Shown here one piece after another: positions 1-12,709 of a stretch of 64,000 nucleotides of DNA. The notes beneath the pieces are model-generated. The model was not told the origin of the DNA. It did not search any database and worked only from the letters and a program-made list of their open reading frames with translations. How positions within the stretch are numbered: the first letter of the stretch is position 1; every line of letters starts with the position of its first letter. Made by a program: the position numbers and the translations under genes. The DNA is from Octopus sinensis (taxonomy: Eukaryota), in contig NC_043016.1 of NCBI RefSeq assembly GCF_006345805.1, positions 16,554,001-16,618,000 on the forward strand. The letters run 5' to 3'.

Positions 1-299
1 ATGTGTATGCGTGTGTGTGTGTATATATATGTATGTACATATGCATGTATGTATATCACATGAAAAACAACATTCGAGCGAGGTCACTGACAGTGCCGCC
101 TGACTGGCCCTTGTGACGGTGGCACGTAAAAAAACCCACTACACTCTCGGAGTGGTTGGCGTTAGGAAGGGCATCCAGCTGTAGAAACTCTGCCAGATCA
201 GACTGGAGACTGGTGCAGCCATCTGGTTCGCCAGTCCTCAGTTAAATTGTCCAACCCATGCCAGCATGGAAAGCAGTCGTTAAACGATGATGACAATGA

Positions 300-1060
300 T
301 GTGCCTGGTCTTCCTGGATCTACCTCTTCCACAGGATCCCTCAACCTCTAAGGTGTGGTACTTTTTCACACAGCCATCCTCATCCATTCTCACCACATGA
401 CAATACCAGCACAGTCGTCTCTCTTGCACACCACATCTGATGCTTCTCAAGTCCAACTTCTCTCTCAGGGTACTTATACTCTGTCGGGTATGCACACTGA
501 CATTACACATCCATCGGAGCATACTGGCTTCATTCCTTGTAAGCTTACGCATGTCCTCAGCAGTCACAGCCCATGTTTCACTGCCATGTAGCATGGCTGT
601 GTGTACACATGCGTCATACAGTCTGCCTTTTACTCTGAGCGAGCGGCCCTTTGTCGCCAGCAGAGGTAAGAGCTCTCTGAACTTTGCCCAGGCTATTCTT
701 ATTCCAGCAGCTACACTTTCAGCACACTCTCCCCCTCTACTGACTAAGTCACCAAGGTAACAGAAGCTATCAACTACTTCTAGTTTTTCTCCCTGGAATG
801 TGGCAGAAGTTGTTCCCTGCACATTTTCAGTGTTTATTGCTCCTGAGCATCTTCCCAGTTAGCCTTCCTTTGACGTTGCTGCACCTCTTATGTGTCCATA
901 GCTTATACTGGGTACATCTTATGAGGTTTCTACCTATACCTTTTCTACCTGAGGGATCTGAGCTTTGTCTGCCTTCCTGCTTATTAAGACATTGGTTTTA
1001 GCTAGGTTGATTCTAAAGGCCTTCGATTCACTATCAGAACCAGAGGTGTGGAAGCAAGGG
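300..1060 (-). mobile_element. RTE-clade LINE, 3' ORF fragment
   Basis: ORF 280..822 contains LEVVDSFCYLG, MLHGSETW and ERRLCWY.HVVRM, typical of the region downstream of the RT domain in RTE LINEs. Confidence 0.85.
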
Positions 1061-1062
1061 TA

Positions 1063-4000
1063 TCATCATCATCATTTAACATCCGTTTTCCATACTAGCA
1101 TGGGTTGGACGGTTCGACCAGGGTCTGGCAAGCCATGGAGGCTGCACCAGGCTCCAGTCTGATTTGGCAGTGTTTCTACAGCTGGATGCCCTTCCTAACG
1201 CCAACCACTTTGTGAGTGTAGTGGGTGTTTTTTATGTGCCACCAGCACAGGGGCCAGAGCAGGCTGGCAAACGGCCACGATCAGTTGGTGCGTTTACGTG
1301 TCACCGACACAGACGCCAGTCAGGCGACGCTAGTATCTGCTGCGTTCGGAAAGTGCTTTTTACGTGTCACCGGCATGGGTGTGTTAACTACAATTTCCAT
1401 TTTATATTTATTTTGATGTTGATGTACTTGACTCAATAGGAAGCACAGCAGATCACCCTACAATCCAAGGTTGGCACAGCAGACCATCCTGCGATCCATG
1501 AACTCACGTCATTTGTCGGGTCTTCAAAGTCACAGCATATCTCCAGAGGTCTCGGTCTTTCATCATAGCCTTTGTGAGCCCAATGTACAAAGGTCATGCT
1601 TGACCACCTCATCCCATGTCTTCCTGGGTCTACCTCTACCCCGGATTCCTTCAACAGTTTAGGAGTGGCACTTCTTCACACATCTCTCCTCATCCATCCT
1701 TAGTACATGACCATACCAACGCAATCGTCTCTCCTCCACGCTGCATCCAATGCTTCTTATGTCCAACATTTCTCTCAGGACGCTGACACTGTCGTGCATG
1801 GACACTGACATTACACATCCAGTGGATCATGCTAGCTTCATTTCTTTCAAGCCTACACATGTCCTCCACAGTCACAGCCCATGTTTCACTGCCATGAAGC
1901 ATGGCAGTTCGCACACATGTGTCATACAATCTACCTTTCACTCTGAGCAAGAGACCCTTTGTCACCAGTAGGGGGAGAAGCTTCCTAAACTTTGCCCAAG
2001 CTATTCTTATTCTAGTGGTAACACTCTCTAAGCATCCACCCCTGCTACTAACTTGGTCACCTAGGTAGCAGAAACTATCAACTATAGATTAAGTGGCAAA
2101 TTACAGCTCTGAACTAATTGTGGTTTCTGATTTACAGGTGTTTGAACTGAGTCAAGTGTGAAATGGAGCCTGTTGAGTGTCGAACAGTGATCTGGTTTTT
2201 GTATTTGAAAGGATACACACTATGGGAGACTTTTGATGAAATGAAAATAACTTATGGTGATGATGCCCCATCATATGACCTTGTGAAACGCTGGCATTGT
2301 GAATTCAAACATGGTCGGAACTCTGTGGAAACAGCTCCCACATCTGGTGGCCCCCCCTTCTGCCATTGATGAGGCATCTGTCCGTCAAGTTGAGGCTGCC
2401 ATTTTGGAAGATCAACGCATAACTATTCGCCAAATAGCCCATGAGGTCAAGATTAGTACCGGGTCTGTGGAAACTATCATTCATGACCATTTGCATATGC
2501 AAAAGGTGTCTGCCAGATGGATTCCCAGGTTGCTCGCACCTTTCCAGAAGCAAGAACGCGTCGAGTGCTCAAGGGTGAATTTGGAGATGTGCCAAGAAGA
2601 TGAGTCAAAATTTTTCAAAACACTGATTACACAGGATGAAACCTGGGTCCATCACTATGATCCAGAGACCAAAGCCCAGTCAATGCAGTAGAAGCACCGT
2701 GACTCACCTCCTCCAAAGAAGGCAAGGTCATGCTCACAGTCTTCTGGGACCAGGACGGAGTAGTGATGACAGATTTCCTGGCAAAGGGTACCACAATTAC
2801 AGGAGCCTATTATGCTTCACTTTTGAGGAAATTAAGAGAAGCTATCAAAATCAAGAGGCGGGGCAAGATCAGCAAAGGCATCCTCCTCCTGCAGGACAAC
2901 GCTCCGTTCCACAACTCGCGTATCGCCAGATCAGAAGCACAGGCGTGCAGCTATGAACTCCTCCCCCATCCCCCTACTCTCCTGACCTTGCACCCTCTGA
3001 TTTCACCTCTTCCCAGCCATGAAGTTGTTTTTGAAAGGAAAGCATTTCCCAGATGATGCAGCCTTGCTTTCTGAAGTCACATCATGGATGGAGGACCTAG
3101 CTGGGGTCTTCTACAAAAACGGTCTGCAGAGTTGCATCAAACGATGGGAGAAATGCGTAACTCTGGGTGGTTCCTATGTAGAAAACGACTAATAACTGTG
3201 CCAAGTTTCGTTGCTCTACTGCTATGGGAAGTGGGTCAGGGGCATTACTTACTGAACGCCCCTCGTACTTCTAGTTTCTCCCCAAGGAGTGTAATGGAAT
3301 TTGTTTCCTGAGTATCAATGGTGTATATTGCCCCTGTGCATCTGCCGCACACGAAAGCTATCTTCTCGGTTAATTTTTCTTTGATATTGCTGCACCTCTT
3401 ATGTGTCCATAGCTTACACTGGGTACATCTTACGGAGTTTCTACCTACACCTTTTCTACAGATCAATCAGGGCCACCTACCTGAAGCGGTATGAGGTGAG
3501 TTTGCCTTCCTACTTACTGGAACTTTGGTCTTTGCTACATTGACTCTAAGGCCTTTTGATTCTAAACCTATCTTCCACACACAAAACTTCTTCTCTAGTT
3601 CCGGTAGCGATTCTGCTATGAGGGCTAGGTCATCAGCATAGAGGAGCTTCCAGGGACAACCCATCTTGAATTCCTCTGTTATTGCCTGGAGGACTATGAT
3701 GAATAGAAGGGAACTGAGGGCTGAGACTTGGTGGACGCCAACTTCTACCCGGAATTCTTCACTGTACTCATTGCCAATCCTAACCTTACTACTAGCCTCT
3801 CTGTAGAGGGCCTGTACAGCCCTTATTAACCATTCGTCAATCTCCAGTTTCCGCATTGCCCATGAGATAAGGGATCGGGGGACCCTGTCAAAGGCTTTCT
3901 TCAAGTCCACAAAAGCTAAGTATAGGGTTTATCTTTGGCTAGGTATTTCTCCTGCAGTTGTTGAACCATGAATATGGCATCAGTAGTGCTTCTGTCAGGC

Positions 4001-4705
4001 AAAAAACCAAACTGCGTCTCATCTAGGCTAACTCTCTCCTTAATTAGTTGGGCTATGACCCTCTCCGTGACCTTCATTACCTGCTTGATACCCCTGTAGT
4101 TATTTCTATCTAGAGCATCACCTTTACCCTTGTAGCAGTTGACTATGGTGCTGTTACGCCAGTCATTGGGTATGACTCCATCATGAACTACCTGGTTTAC
4201 AATGCGGGTGACTAGGCCATAGCCCACACCACCAGATGTTTTAAGCATCTCGGCAGTGATTGCTGATGGGCCAGGGGCTTTTTCTGGCTTCATACCCTTA
4301 ATTGCTTTATCTACTAGGGAGCTGTCTATTTGGATAGCTGGTCCCTCTACTGGGTCAACATTTGACAGGCTCTCCTCCTCCCATTCATTTTCCACATTCA
4401 GCAGTCTTTCATAATGTCTTCTCCAAGCCTCTTTGTTTTCAGAATCATTAAAAGCAAGTGCACCATCATCCATTCAAACACATTTCTCTCCTGTGACATC
4501 ACAATTTTCTCTCACACACTGTCTTGCAATCTGAAATACCTCAGTTCTTTGGTCCTCACGTTGTTGGACATTGGCAAACTTCTTTTCCACTACGCTCTTG
4601 GCAATGTATACCTGCCGCCCAGCCTCCCTTTTGGCTACCTGGTACAGTTCCCTGCTACCCCCATCCTTCCAGGCCTGTTTCTTTGCCCTGATGGCCTTGT
4701 CTACT
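1063..4705 (-). mobile_element. 5'-truncated, decayed RTE-clade LINE (RT domain, 3' UTR, (GAT)n tail), interrupted by a mariner
   Basis: Broken ORFs 3916..4473, 3467..3910 (DLKKAFDRVP, LYADDL), 3245..3466 and 1690..1965. LINE sequence is continuous across the mariner insertion when compared with the copy at ~770-790. Confidence 0.9.
2085..3265 (+). mobile_element. mariner (DD34D) transposon with pseudogenised transposase; left TIR missing
   Basis: Frameshifted ORFs 2163-3190 with WIPRLL, TQDETW, LQDNA and (across a frameshift) YSPDLAPSDF motifs. Right TIR ...ACTGAACGCCCCTCG. TA at 2083-2084 and 3266-3267. Confidence 0.93.
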
Positions 4706-5144
4706 GTCTATATATATATATATTTTGAAATAGACTGTAAAAATCTTCTTCATCATCATCATCATCATTTATCGTCCGCTTTCCATGCTGGCATGGGTTG
4801 GACGATTTGACTGAGGACTGGCAAACCAGATGGCTGCACCAGGTTCCAATCTGATCTGGTAGAGTTTCTAAAGCTGGATGCCCTTCCTAATGCCAACCAC
4901 TCCGAGAGTATAATGGATGCTCTTTACATCACCAGCAGAGGTAAGAGCTCTCTGAACTTTACCCAGGCTATTCTTATTCTAGCAGCTACACTATCAGAGC
5001 AGCCACCATTGCTACAGACGTGGTCACGTAGGCACCAGAAGCTATCAACTACTTCTAGTTTTTCTCCCTAGAGTGTAACAAAAGCAGTTCTCCGCACATT
5101 TTCTGTTCTCATAGCACCAATAATGGAAAATAACGAGATGTTTA

Positions 5145-5652
5145 CTGTAAATCCTCAAGTATAGTCCGCCCTTGAGTATAATACACAGGAGATTTTTAGG
5201 GGGCTGTACCTCTGCAAAACCTAAACCTTGTGTATAATACGCACCCCTTCTCTAACTTGAGTCAAGGAATCTATATAACGTCCTTGGTTTTAAAACTGTA
5301 TATGGTAACGTCCTTTATTATTATTGTATATATAACACAATGCAAACGTGTAGCTTTTTTGTGCATTTTGTTTGCAGGAAATAAAGAAATAACAGTAATA
5401 ACGTTTAATAAATGTTGCTTACTGCAAGTTATGGATGATTCTTTTGACTTCATTGCTTTCAGGCTTAGCTTAAGATATTTTCACACCCAACATCACAAAA
5501 TGCGTTTGAATAAACATTGCCAGACAGCAAATAGAGACTCGAACATTGCTTAGAAAATAATTTTCACTTTTAACCTGGTATATAGTACGCACTAGGGATT
5601 TTGACCTTTAAATTTGGAGGAAAAAATGCGGATTATATTCGAGGATTTACAG
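5145..5652. mobile_element. Tc1/mariner-pogo-type MITE (~510 bp)
   Basis: TIR CTGTAAATCCTCAAGTATAGTCCGC / GCGGATTATATTCGAGGATTTACAG with TA on both sides. Second copy at 47768-48268. Confidence 0.85.
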
Positions 5653-5670
5653 TAAACGATTAATTCTTAC

Positions 5671-5794
5671 TTTGTTTTTCCAGATACGTATTCTGTTTTT
5701 TCAAATCTTCAATATCTTTCTGATGGCCAAGATTTTTCGTTCGCATAAATTGGATGTAGTCTGCCGCCTTCTTCAGGATCTGGGCCCGAGAGAC
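5671..5794 (-). CDS. Max: Max coding exon 3 (helix 2 + leucine zipper)
   Basis: ttttcag|GTC...CAA A|gtaaga, 124 nt. Translates [41 protein letters not shown], matching MAX [21 protein letters not shown]...QQDIDDLKRQN. Confidence 0.96.
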
Positions 5795-6203
5795 CTGAAA
5801 AGAAACAAGGAAAATAAAGTAAAGTTATTTAATAGACGTAGGAGTAGCTGTGTGGTAAGTAGCTTGCTTATGAATCACATGGTTCCGGGTTCAGTCCCAC
5901 TGCGTGCACCTTGGGCGGGTGTCTTCTACTATAGCCTTGGGCCAACCATGGTAGACGGAAACTGAAAGAAGTGTGTTGTATATATATATATGTATATGAG
6001 ATATGCTGTAACTGCGAGCACCCGACAAATAATGTGAGTTCAAGGCTGCTTCCTGCACCAGCTTCGCATAGCAGCCCCAGCCCATTCAAAAGTACCTTGG
6101 ATTGCAGAACGAACTGCTGTGCTTGAGGAGACCTACTGAGTCAAGTACATCAACATCAGCAATATCAAAATCAAATCAAATGGAAATTGTAGTTGTGAGC
6201 CCC

Positions 6204-6830
6204 GTGCCGGTAGCACATAAAATGCACCATCCGAACGTGGCGGATTGCAGCGCCGCCTTGACTGGCGTCCGTGCCGGTAGCACATAAAAAGCACCATCCG
6301 AACGTGGCGGATTGCAGCGCCGCCTTGACTGGCGTCCGTGCCGGTAGCACATAAAAAGCACCATCCGAACGTGGCGGATTGCAAGCGCCGCCTTGACTGG
6401 CGTCCGTGCCGGTAGCACATAAAAAGCACCATCCGAACGTGGCGGATTGCAGCGCAGCCTTGACTGGCGTCCGTGCCGGTAGCACATAAAATGCACCATC
6501 CGAACGTGGCGGATTGCAGCGCCGCCTTGACTGGCGTCCGTGCGGGTGGCACATAAAAAGCACCATCTGAACGTGGCGGATTGCAGCGCCGCCTTGACTG
6601 GCGTCCGTGTGGGTGGCACATAAAAAGCACCATCTGAACGTGGCGGATTGCAGCGCCGCCTTGACTGGCGTCCGTGCGGGTGGCACATAAAAAGCACCAT
6701 CTGAACGTGGCGGATTGCAGCTCCGCCTTGACTGGCGTCCGTGCGGGTGGCACATAAAAAGCACCATCCAAACGTGGCCGATGCCAGCCTTGCCTGGCAG
6801 CTGTGCCAGTGGCACATAAAAAGCACCCAC
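6204..6830. repeat. 67-bp GC-rich minisatellite (~9 copies) expanded inside an RTE 3' UTR
   Basis: Unit GTGCCGGTAGCACATAAAAAGCACCATCCGAACGTGGCGGATTGCAGCGCCGCCTTGACTGGCGTCC starts at 6204, 6271, 6338 and onward. Confidence 0.95.
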
Positions 6831-6982
6831 TACACTCACGGAGTGGTTGGCGTTAGGAAGGGCATCCAGCTGTAGAAACATTGCCAGATCAGACTGGGCC
6901 AGGTGTAGCCTTCTGGCTTCCTAGAGCCCAGTTGAACCGTCCAACCCGTGCTAGCATGGAAAGCGGACGCTAAATGATGATA

Positions 6983-7013
<31 letters not shown>

Positions 7014-7151
7014 TGTTATATTTCGGAATGGTCATATTGCCAGTTTAGCCAATAAAAACACACATAAAAAATCTTGCACAACAAATATTTAAACGTATAT
7101 ATATATATATATATAAATTAATCAAAATAAAAACATGATGCCAAGGATTCA

Positions 7152-7229
7152 GCGGTACATATGTTTCGGGCCTTTATTAGACGGATTTATAACAATGCAT
7201 TATGTGTGTCTATGGCCTTCTTCAGCCGC
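7152..7229 (-). ncRNA. type-I hammerhead ribozyme motif (family B), sense to Max intron
   Basis: Minus strand reads GCGG-CUGAAGA-A-GGCC...GGCC-C-GAAAC-AUAU-GUA-CCGC: stem I GCGG/CCGC and palindromic stem III ACAUAUGU. Confidence 0.8.
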
Positions 7230-7850
7230 GTACAATTACTACTTCAAGGACATGTATTACATCAAAAATTCTACGTTGGGTATGCGGTACCAGCACATCC
7301 CGTTCTTTTCCTATATATATTTTTTTTTTTTTTTCCCATATATATATATATTTTGTCTCCCATATATTATTTTTCCTACATCTATCTTTTTCCTATATAT
7401 ATATATTTTTTTTTTTCCCTATATCTATACCTTTTTCCATTTCTAGCTTTGATGTTGAGCGCACACCCCCGAACCCTGCATCCCACCCTTTCACTTATGA
7501 CTACTCCGTAATTTTCCCCTCCCCGCCCCTACGTAGTCACCTTTAACACACACCTGTAAATTTACCTTTGCAACCACCTTTTATTTTTACCTTCATTTCA
7601 TGTTAATCTTTACTCGATTACCTTTATGTTTTATTCTATTTTATTTTTTATTTCTAATTTTTAATTTTATCCTTATTTTTACTTCTATTTTTACCCCTAT
7701 TTTATCACTTTTTATCTTTATGTATGTCTATTTTTAGTTCCTTTTCCTTATCTATGTATCTGTATGTATATGTATATATGTGTGTGTGTGTATGTATGTA
7801 CACATATATATATACGTGTGTGTGATGTGTATATATATATGTGTATGCAT

Positions 7851-7913
<63 letters not shown>

Positions 7914-8973
7914 ATATATATGTATATATATATATATTCTGTTATACTTTCTTACCCTCAGGTTTCTTACTTTCATGTCTACCTTTTGTACCCACTGTAA
8001 TTCCGTATCTTGCCTGTGTGCGAGAATGGATCTACTTGTTATACCTGTGTCTGTGCATATGCATATTTTTGTGTATATGCAAAGGGATCTACTCCCCCAT
8101 GTGTGTGGGTGTATGCATATTTTTGCCCATAGGCATAGAGATTTACTTCGTCTTGTGAATGAGTGTGAGTGTGAGTGTGCCTGTATGTGCGCATGTGCAT
8201 GTATGTACATACGTACGTATGCGCATCAGTTTGTGTACCCAACTACATGCGCCTTTTCCCGTATGTATCTGTATATTTTTACATGAGAGTACGTATGTAT
8301 GCTTGTATGCGTGTGGTTGTGTATGCATGCGTATATGTACGCGTGTATATGTGTATATGTATCCATACGTGTATGCATGTACATGTTGACCACTAGACAA
8401 TTTACGAGGAAATAGATAAGCGGTTTAACCACAAACCAGACAACCCTCTACAATATACTGGGTCCCCAGACGTCCCAGTTGGTTTATGACACCCACCGCT
8501 TAGGCTTCTACAACCAGAATATGTCATCTTCCTGACCACCATGTTAGTTCGTAACCACTTCATATCCCTTACCCTTATATTCTTTTATATTTTTATATTC
8601 TTATATCCTTTTATATTTTTGATACTTTTTTATAGCTTTATATTCATTTATACCTTTTTTATATTTCTTTATATTTTTATATTTCTATATTTATATTTTT
8701 TTATCTTTCGTCCTTAATTCTCGCCCCTCTATCTTTATCCCTATTTACTCTTATTACCAGGTTCCTTCACGTCCGTGTGTATTTATATATTTATTTATTC
8801 ATTTATTTATATTACCTCAACACCCAAACTTCCTCATTCTACATTGAGAGAAAGACGGGATGGACGCTTCGTTTTTGTGCTGGTAAGGCATTATGTCGTA
8901 CGCGACTGAGAGGATTTGCATCCCCAATGTAGAATTTTTGATGTAATACATGTCCTTGAAGTAGTAATTGTAC

Positions 8974-9051
8974 GCGGCTGAAGAAGGCCATAGACACACA
9001 TAATGCATTGTTATAAATCCGTCTAATAAAGGCCCGAAACATATGTACCGC
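8974..9051 (+). ncRNA. type-I hammerhead ribozyme motif (family B)
   Basis: GCGG CTGAAGA A GGCC...GGCC C GAAAC ATAT GTA CCGC; predicted cleavage after 9047. Confidence 0.8.
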
Positions 9052-9600
9052 TGAATCCTTGGCATCATGTTTTAATTTTGATTAATTTACTCCACCACCA
9101 AACAGTATATACAGGTGCTTACAATTATCAAGTACTCACCCTGAATTTTTGTACCCAACTTATATATATATAATGATGGTTCGATCCAATTCAGGTAGTA
9201 TCAGACAAACTATATCCAATGACCAGTACCAACGAATTCAAAACATACGAATGAGGTCCCTCATCCTCCCTTGCCCATCCACATGTGTTGTCAAGTAAAA
9301 GATACTACAGGGAGAGAATTATATTATCAATAATAAGAAAGGTTAAAATTAATTAATTAATAATTAATAATTCCACCAAGTAGCATTCAGCATGTTAAAA
9401 GGACCATTTCCGGTAAACTTAAACAATATTTTATAATTATGAGTATAATTATAATTAGGGTTACTCGACAACACATGTGGATGAGTGAGGGAAGATGAGG
9501 GGCCTCATTCATATGTTTTGAATCCGTTGGTACTGGTCATTGGATATAATTTGTCTGATACTACCTGAATAGGATTGGTATGTTCAATTTTTTCAATGCT

Positions 9601-9681
9601 CTTTGCTGAAGAGGAAAATGATCAGATGAAGTGTGATTTTTACATTCTTCATACCAATCTAACTCCGAAACGTGTCCACAG
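9601..9681 (+). ncRNA. degenerate type-I hammerhead motif (family C) in interlaced inverted repeats 9185-9978
   Basis: CTTTG CTGAAGA GGA...TCC GAAAC GT GTC CACAG, one stem I mismatch. Flanking IR pairs 9185-9298/9461-9577 and 9326-9460/9845-9978. Confidence 0.6.
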
Positions 9682-9989
9682 TTAATCAAATACCGAGTGA
9701 ATTTCGTTGTTTTTCCTCTCTGTCTACGTGAATTGTTTTGAGTATATGTTGTCTGGGAGTTTCTTCTTATACTAGAAGAAATAGCTAGGTTCTTTGGCTA
9801 CTATTTCTAAAGTTTGGTATGTGGTGAAGCAAATTTTTGCTGAACCCTAATTATAATTATACTCATAATTATAAAATATTATCTAAGTTTACCGAAAATG
9901 GTCCTTTTAACATGCCGAATACTACTTGGTGGAATTATTAATTATTTATTAATTAATTTTACCCTTTATTATTATTGATTGTATATATA

Positions 9990-11544
9990 TATATACATAT
10001 ATAAAACTGAGAATGTATGTCTGTCTGTCTGTGTGTTTCCCTAAAACTTGAGAACTACACTACCAATTCCATTCAAATTTTACACATGCCTTACTTAGGG
10101 TCCGGGGAGTGTCATCAGCAAAAAAATGTTCAACTTCTTGCCTAGGGCGAGCCCATAGCAATATCATATCTTCTCCACTATTTCAGTATTACGTGTTAAA
10201 AGTGAAACAAAAACATTTCTCTATTTTATGTCAGATACTTTCACTTTAACAATAAAAATTAGAGATAATAATAACAATTGAATAATATGTAGTAAGTAAT
10301 ATTTAAAATCAAACTAAAGTATAATATAATCGTAACATAACAAAAGTAAAAATAACAATTGGTATAAAATTGCATCAATGACTTGAACTTGAATATGTGG
10401 TTTCACATGAATGGGAATAAATCAAAAATAAAATTAGCGTGCAGAAATGGAATAGTCCAGATGGAGCTGTGCACATACCGTTTACCACGGCTTTTACATT
10501 AGATTATCTGCTAATTAGCTACCATTAAGTATCTATATAAAGTTTGGCTGTATGTAATGTCTGTTTTCTCGAACAGCCGCTTCTATTGAGTACTGCTGTT
10601 GGTTTATTTCTTATACATAAAGGACTATAGCTTCAACTGCATACTGCTTTTTGATTCACCAGAAGGTTTGTTGTTTTTATTATTACTGTTTAACTATTGT
10701 TATCACGTTTGTTGGTTCCTCATAAGAGAAACGTTGTTGTGTTGCATTTGTTAAATAATTGTAAACTGTAACCCTCCCCCTTTGGGAGAAGGAGCTTTGG
10801 TTATTGTTTAAAAATTGAATTGTGTCCCTGTTTGGGGAAATTGACAATATTTTCACTGTTTATACGGAAGCACTTTTGTTAGAATGCCTTCGATAGAAGA
10901 AAGTCCAAAAATGAATTTCGCTGCAGCCGCCGGTGAGTGCAAACTCATTAAAATTAAAATGGAAGAAATACAAACCTATTTCGGATTGATCACCGACAAA
11001 GACAGTGAATCTAGGATAACACCACCAAACGAAATAAAAAATTAAATTAAAGAAAAGACTATTGTCTATAAAGTATGCAATGTAGAGAAAAAAAAAAAAG
11101 ATTTGAACACCTGGAGGAAAGCACCATCGAAAAGTGTCTTGGTGCGACTATGAAAGATATCTAACCTGAGGCAGTAAATTAGCCACAATAGAAGCAAGGT
11201 TCGAGTCAACGGAGCGTGTAAGGGAGTACTCGACTCGAACCTTGCAAAGTGGAAATATTTTATTTTTTCCTTTATATCTGGGATAGAAGTAGAGGTAGGC
11301 TGGATTGTAGCCCCACTTCTATACAAGAGGGAGGACAAGATACAATTGATCGAAATTACAAGAGACGGGGCTACAATTCCAGTCTGTTATATATTTTGAG
11401 TATTGTTATCACTAGCGATATCAAGATATAACTTTTGTATTTTGTATTTTATGTGTAGATGTATATATATAGATGTACATGTAATATATACACATATATA
11501 CATGCAGTAGCACTATGACCCGGCAACGACGGGTCATAATGCTA

Positions 11545-11545
<1 letters not shown>
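9990..11545 (+). mobile_element. non-autonomous Helitron
   Basis: 5' (TA)n-AAAACTGAGAATG plus (GTCT)n; 3' hairpin GACCCGGCAACGACGGGTC followed by CTAG|T at 11542-11546. Confidence 0.8.
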
Positions 11546-11630
<85 letters not shown>

Positions 11631-11631
11631 T

Positions 11632-11789
11632 AGGCGCAGGAGTGGCTGTGTGGTAAGTAGCTTGCTTATCAACCACACGGTTCTGGTTCAGTCCCACTGC
11701 GTGGAACCTTGGGCAATGTCTTCTACTATGGCCTCGGGCCGACCAAATCTTGAGTGGATTTGGTAGACAGAAACTGAAAAAAGCCCGTC

Positions 11790-11821
<32 letters not shown>

Positions 11822-12030
11822 ATGTTTGTGTGACTGTGTTTGTCCCCCCAACATCGCTTGACAAGCGATGCTGGTGTGTTTACGTCCCCGTAACTTAACG
11901 GTTCGGCAAAAAGAGGCTGATAGAATAAGTACGAGGCTTACAAAGAATAAGTCCTGGGGTCGATTTGTTCGACTAAAAGCAGCGCTCCAGCATGCCTACA
12001 GTCAAATGACTGAAACAAGTAAAACAGTAA
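11632..12030 (+). mobile_element. tRNA-derived SINE, dominant family, representative full copy (many copies, e.g. 16228-16590, 27303-27710, 48345-48755, 54422-54830)
   Basis: A-box TGGCTGTGTGG, B-box GGTTCAGTCC, CORE-like CCTTGGGCAA, internal microsatellite, tail ...GAAACAAGTAAAA. Confidence 0.88.
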
Positions 12031-12299
12031 AGACATATGAAAAACCCCCAACTTTGACCCCATGTGCCAAGTTAATCCCCTGTTGGTTTTACATGCACAA
12101 AAGCATTTTTTCGCCGAAGATGTGTATGGATAAGGGCCATGAACCAAAAATTCTCCACATGATAAATAACTTCAAATTGTCTTGTGATTCTGGGGTATTG
12201 CCAGGAAAGGTGATGATGTTAAAACTTAGAAAAAAAATCCCAAAGTGTTTCTAGTATTTAACATCGTTCTTTTACGTAGGTAGCGGATAGTGTTTTTCT

Positions 12300-12695
12300 T
12301 CACTACTTCAAGGAGTGATGACTCTGCCTGATATGAGTTCCGGGCTCAGCTGGCTCTGGCTGACAGTACCCGGTATGGGCCCCTGTCCAGGGTTATGGAA
12401 AGGAGACAACCTTCAAAGAAATCCGGAGTGGAGCCCCGAAGGCAGTTTAGTGTTCGACTTGACACTCTTCCGGCAGCTCCTGCAACCAAGCTGGTGCCAA
12501 ACGTAATGCTCTGCACTCCTTTGGACTATGTCAGCAAGGTCGAGAGAGGAATCCTGACGATTGGGCTACCCAGGATTTTCTTACATCTAATCAGGCCTGC
12601 ACAAGACTGGAGAGGACATGAAATGTAAAAACCAGACTGGATTAGCTTATGCGCAACTCCATTGTCCCCCGAGACAAAAGGATGCCAATAACTAA
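12300..12695 (+). mobile_element. short non-autonomous derivative of the BovB-like LINE
   Basis: 3' end GCAACTCCATTGTCCCCCGAGACAAAAGGATGCCAA matches the 3' UTR of the LINE at ~38300-38370 (minus); no RT coding sequence. Confidence 0.6.
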
Positions 12696-12709
12696 TATTG
12701 TCCATTTAT

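Larger units (their letters stand above)
7116..9088. mobile_element. Penelope-like element remnant bounded by ~165-bp inverted repeats, each with a hammerhead
   Basis: 7116-7280 is a near-perfect reverse complement of ~8925-9088. Inverted pLTRs bearing hammerheads are typical of Penelope-like elements. Confidence 0.7.

Noticed and set aside
6204-6830. CRISPR-like array
   Set aside because: Contiguous units without unique spacers, no cas genes, eukaryotic context.
6133-6881. Three overlapping 212-236 aa ORFs
   Set aside because: Artefact of a stop-free 67-bp tandem unit cycling through all three frames.
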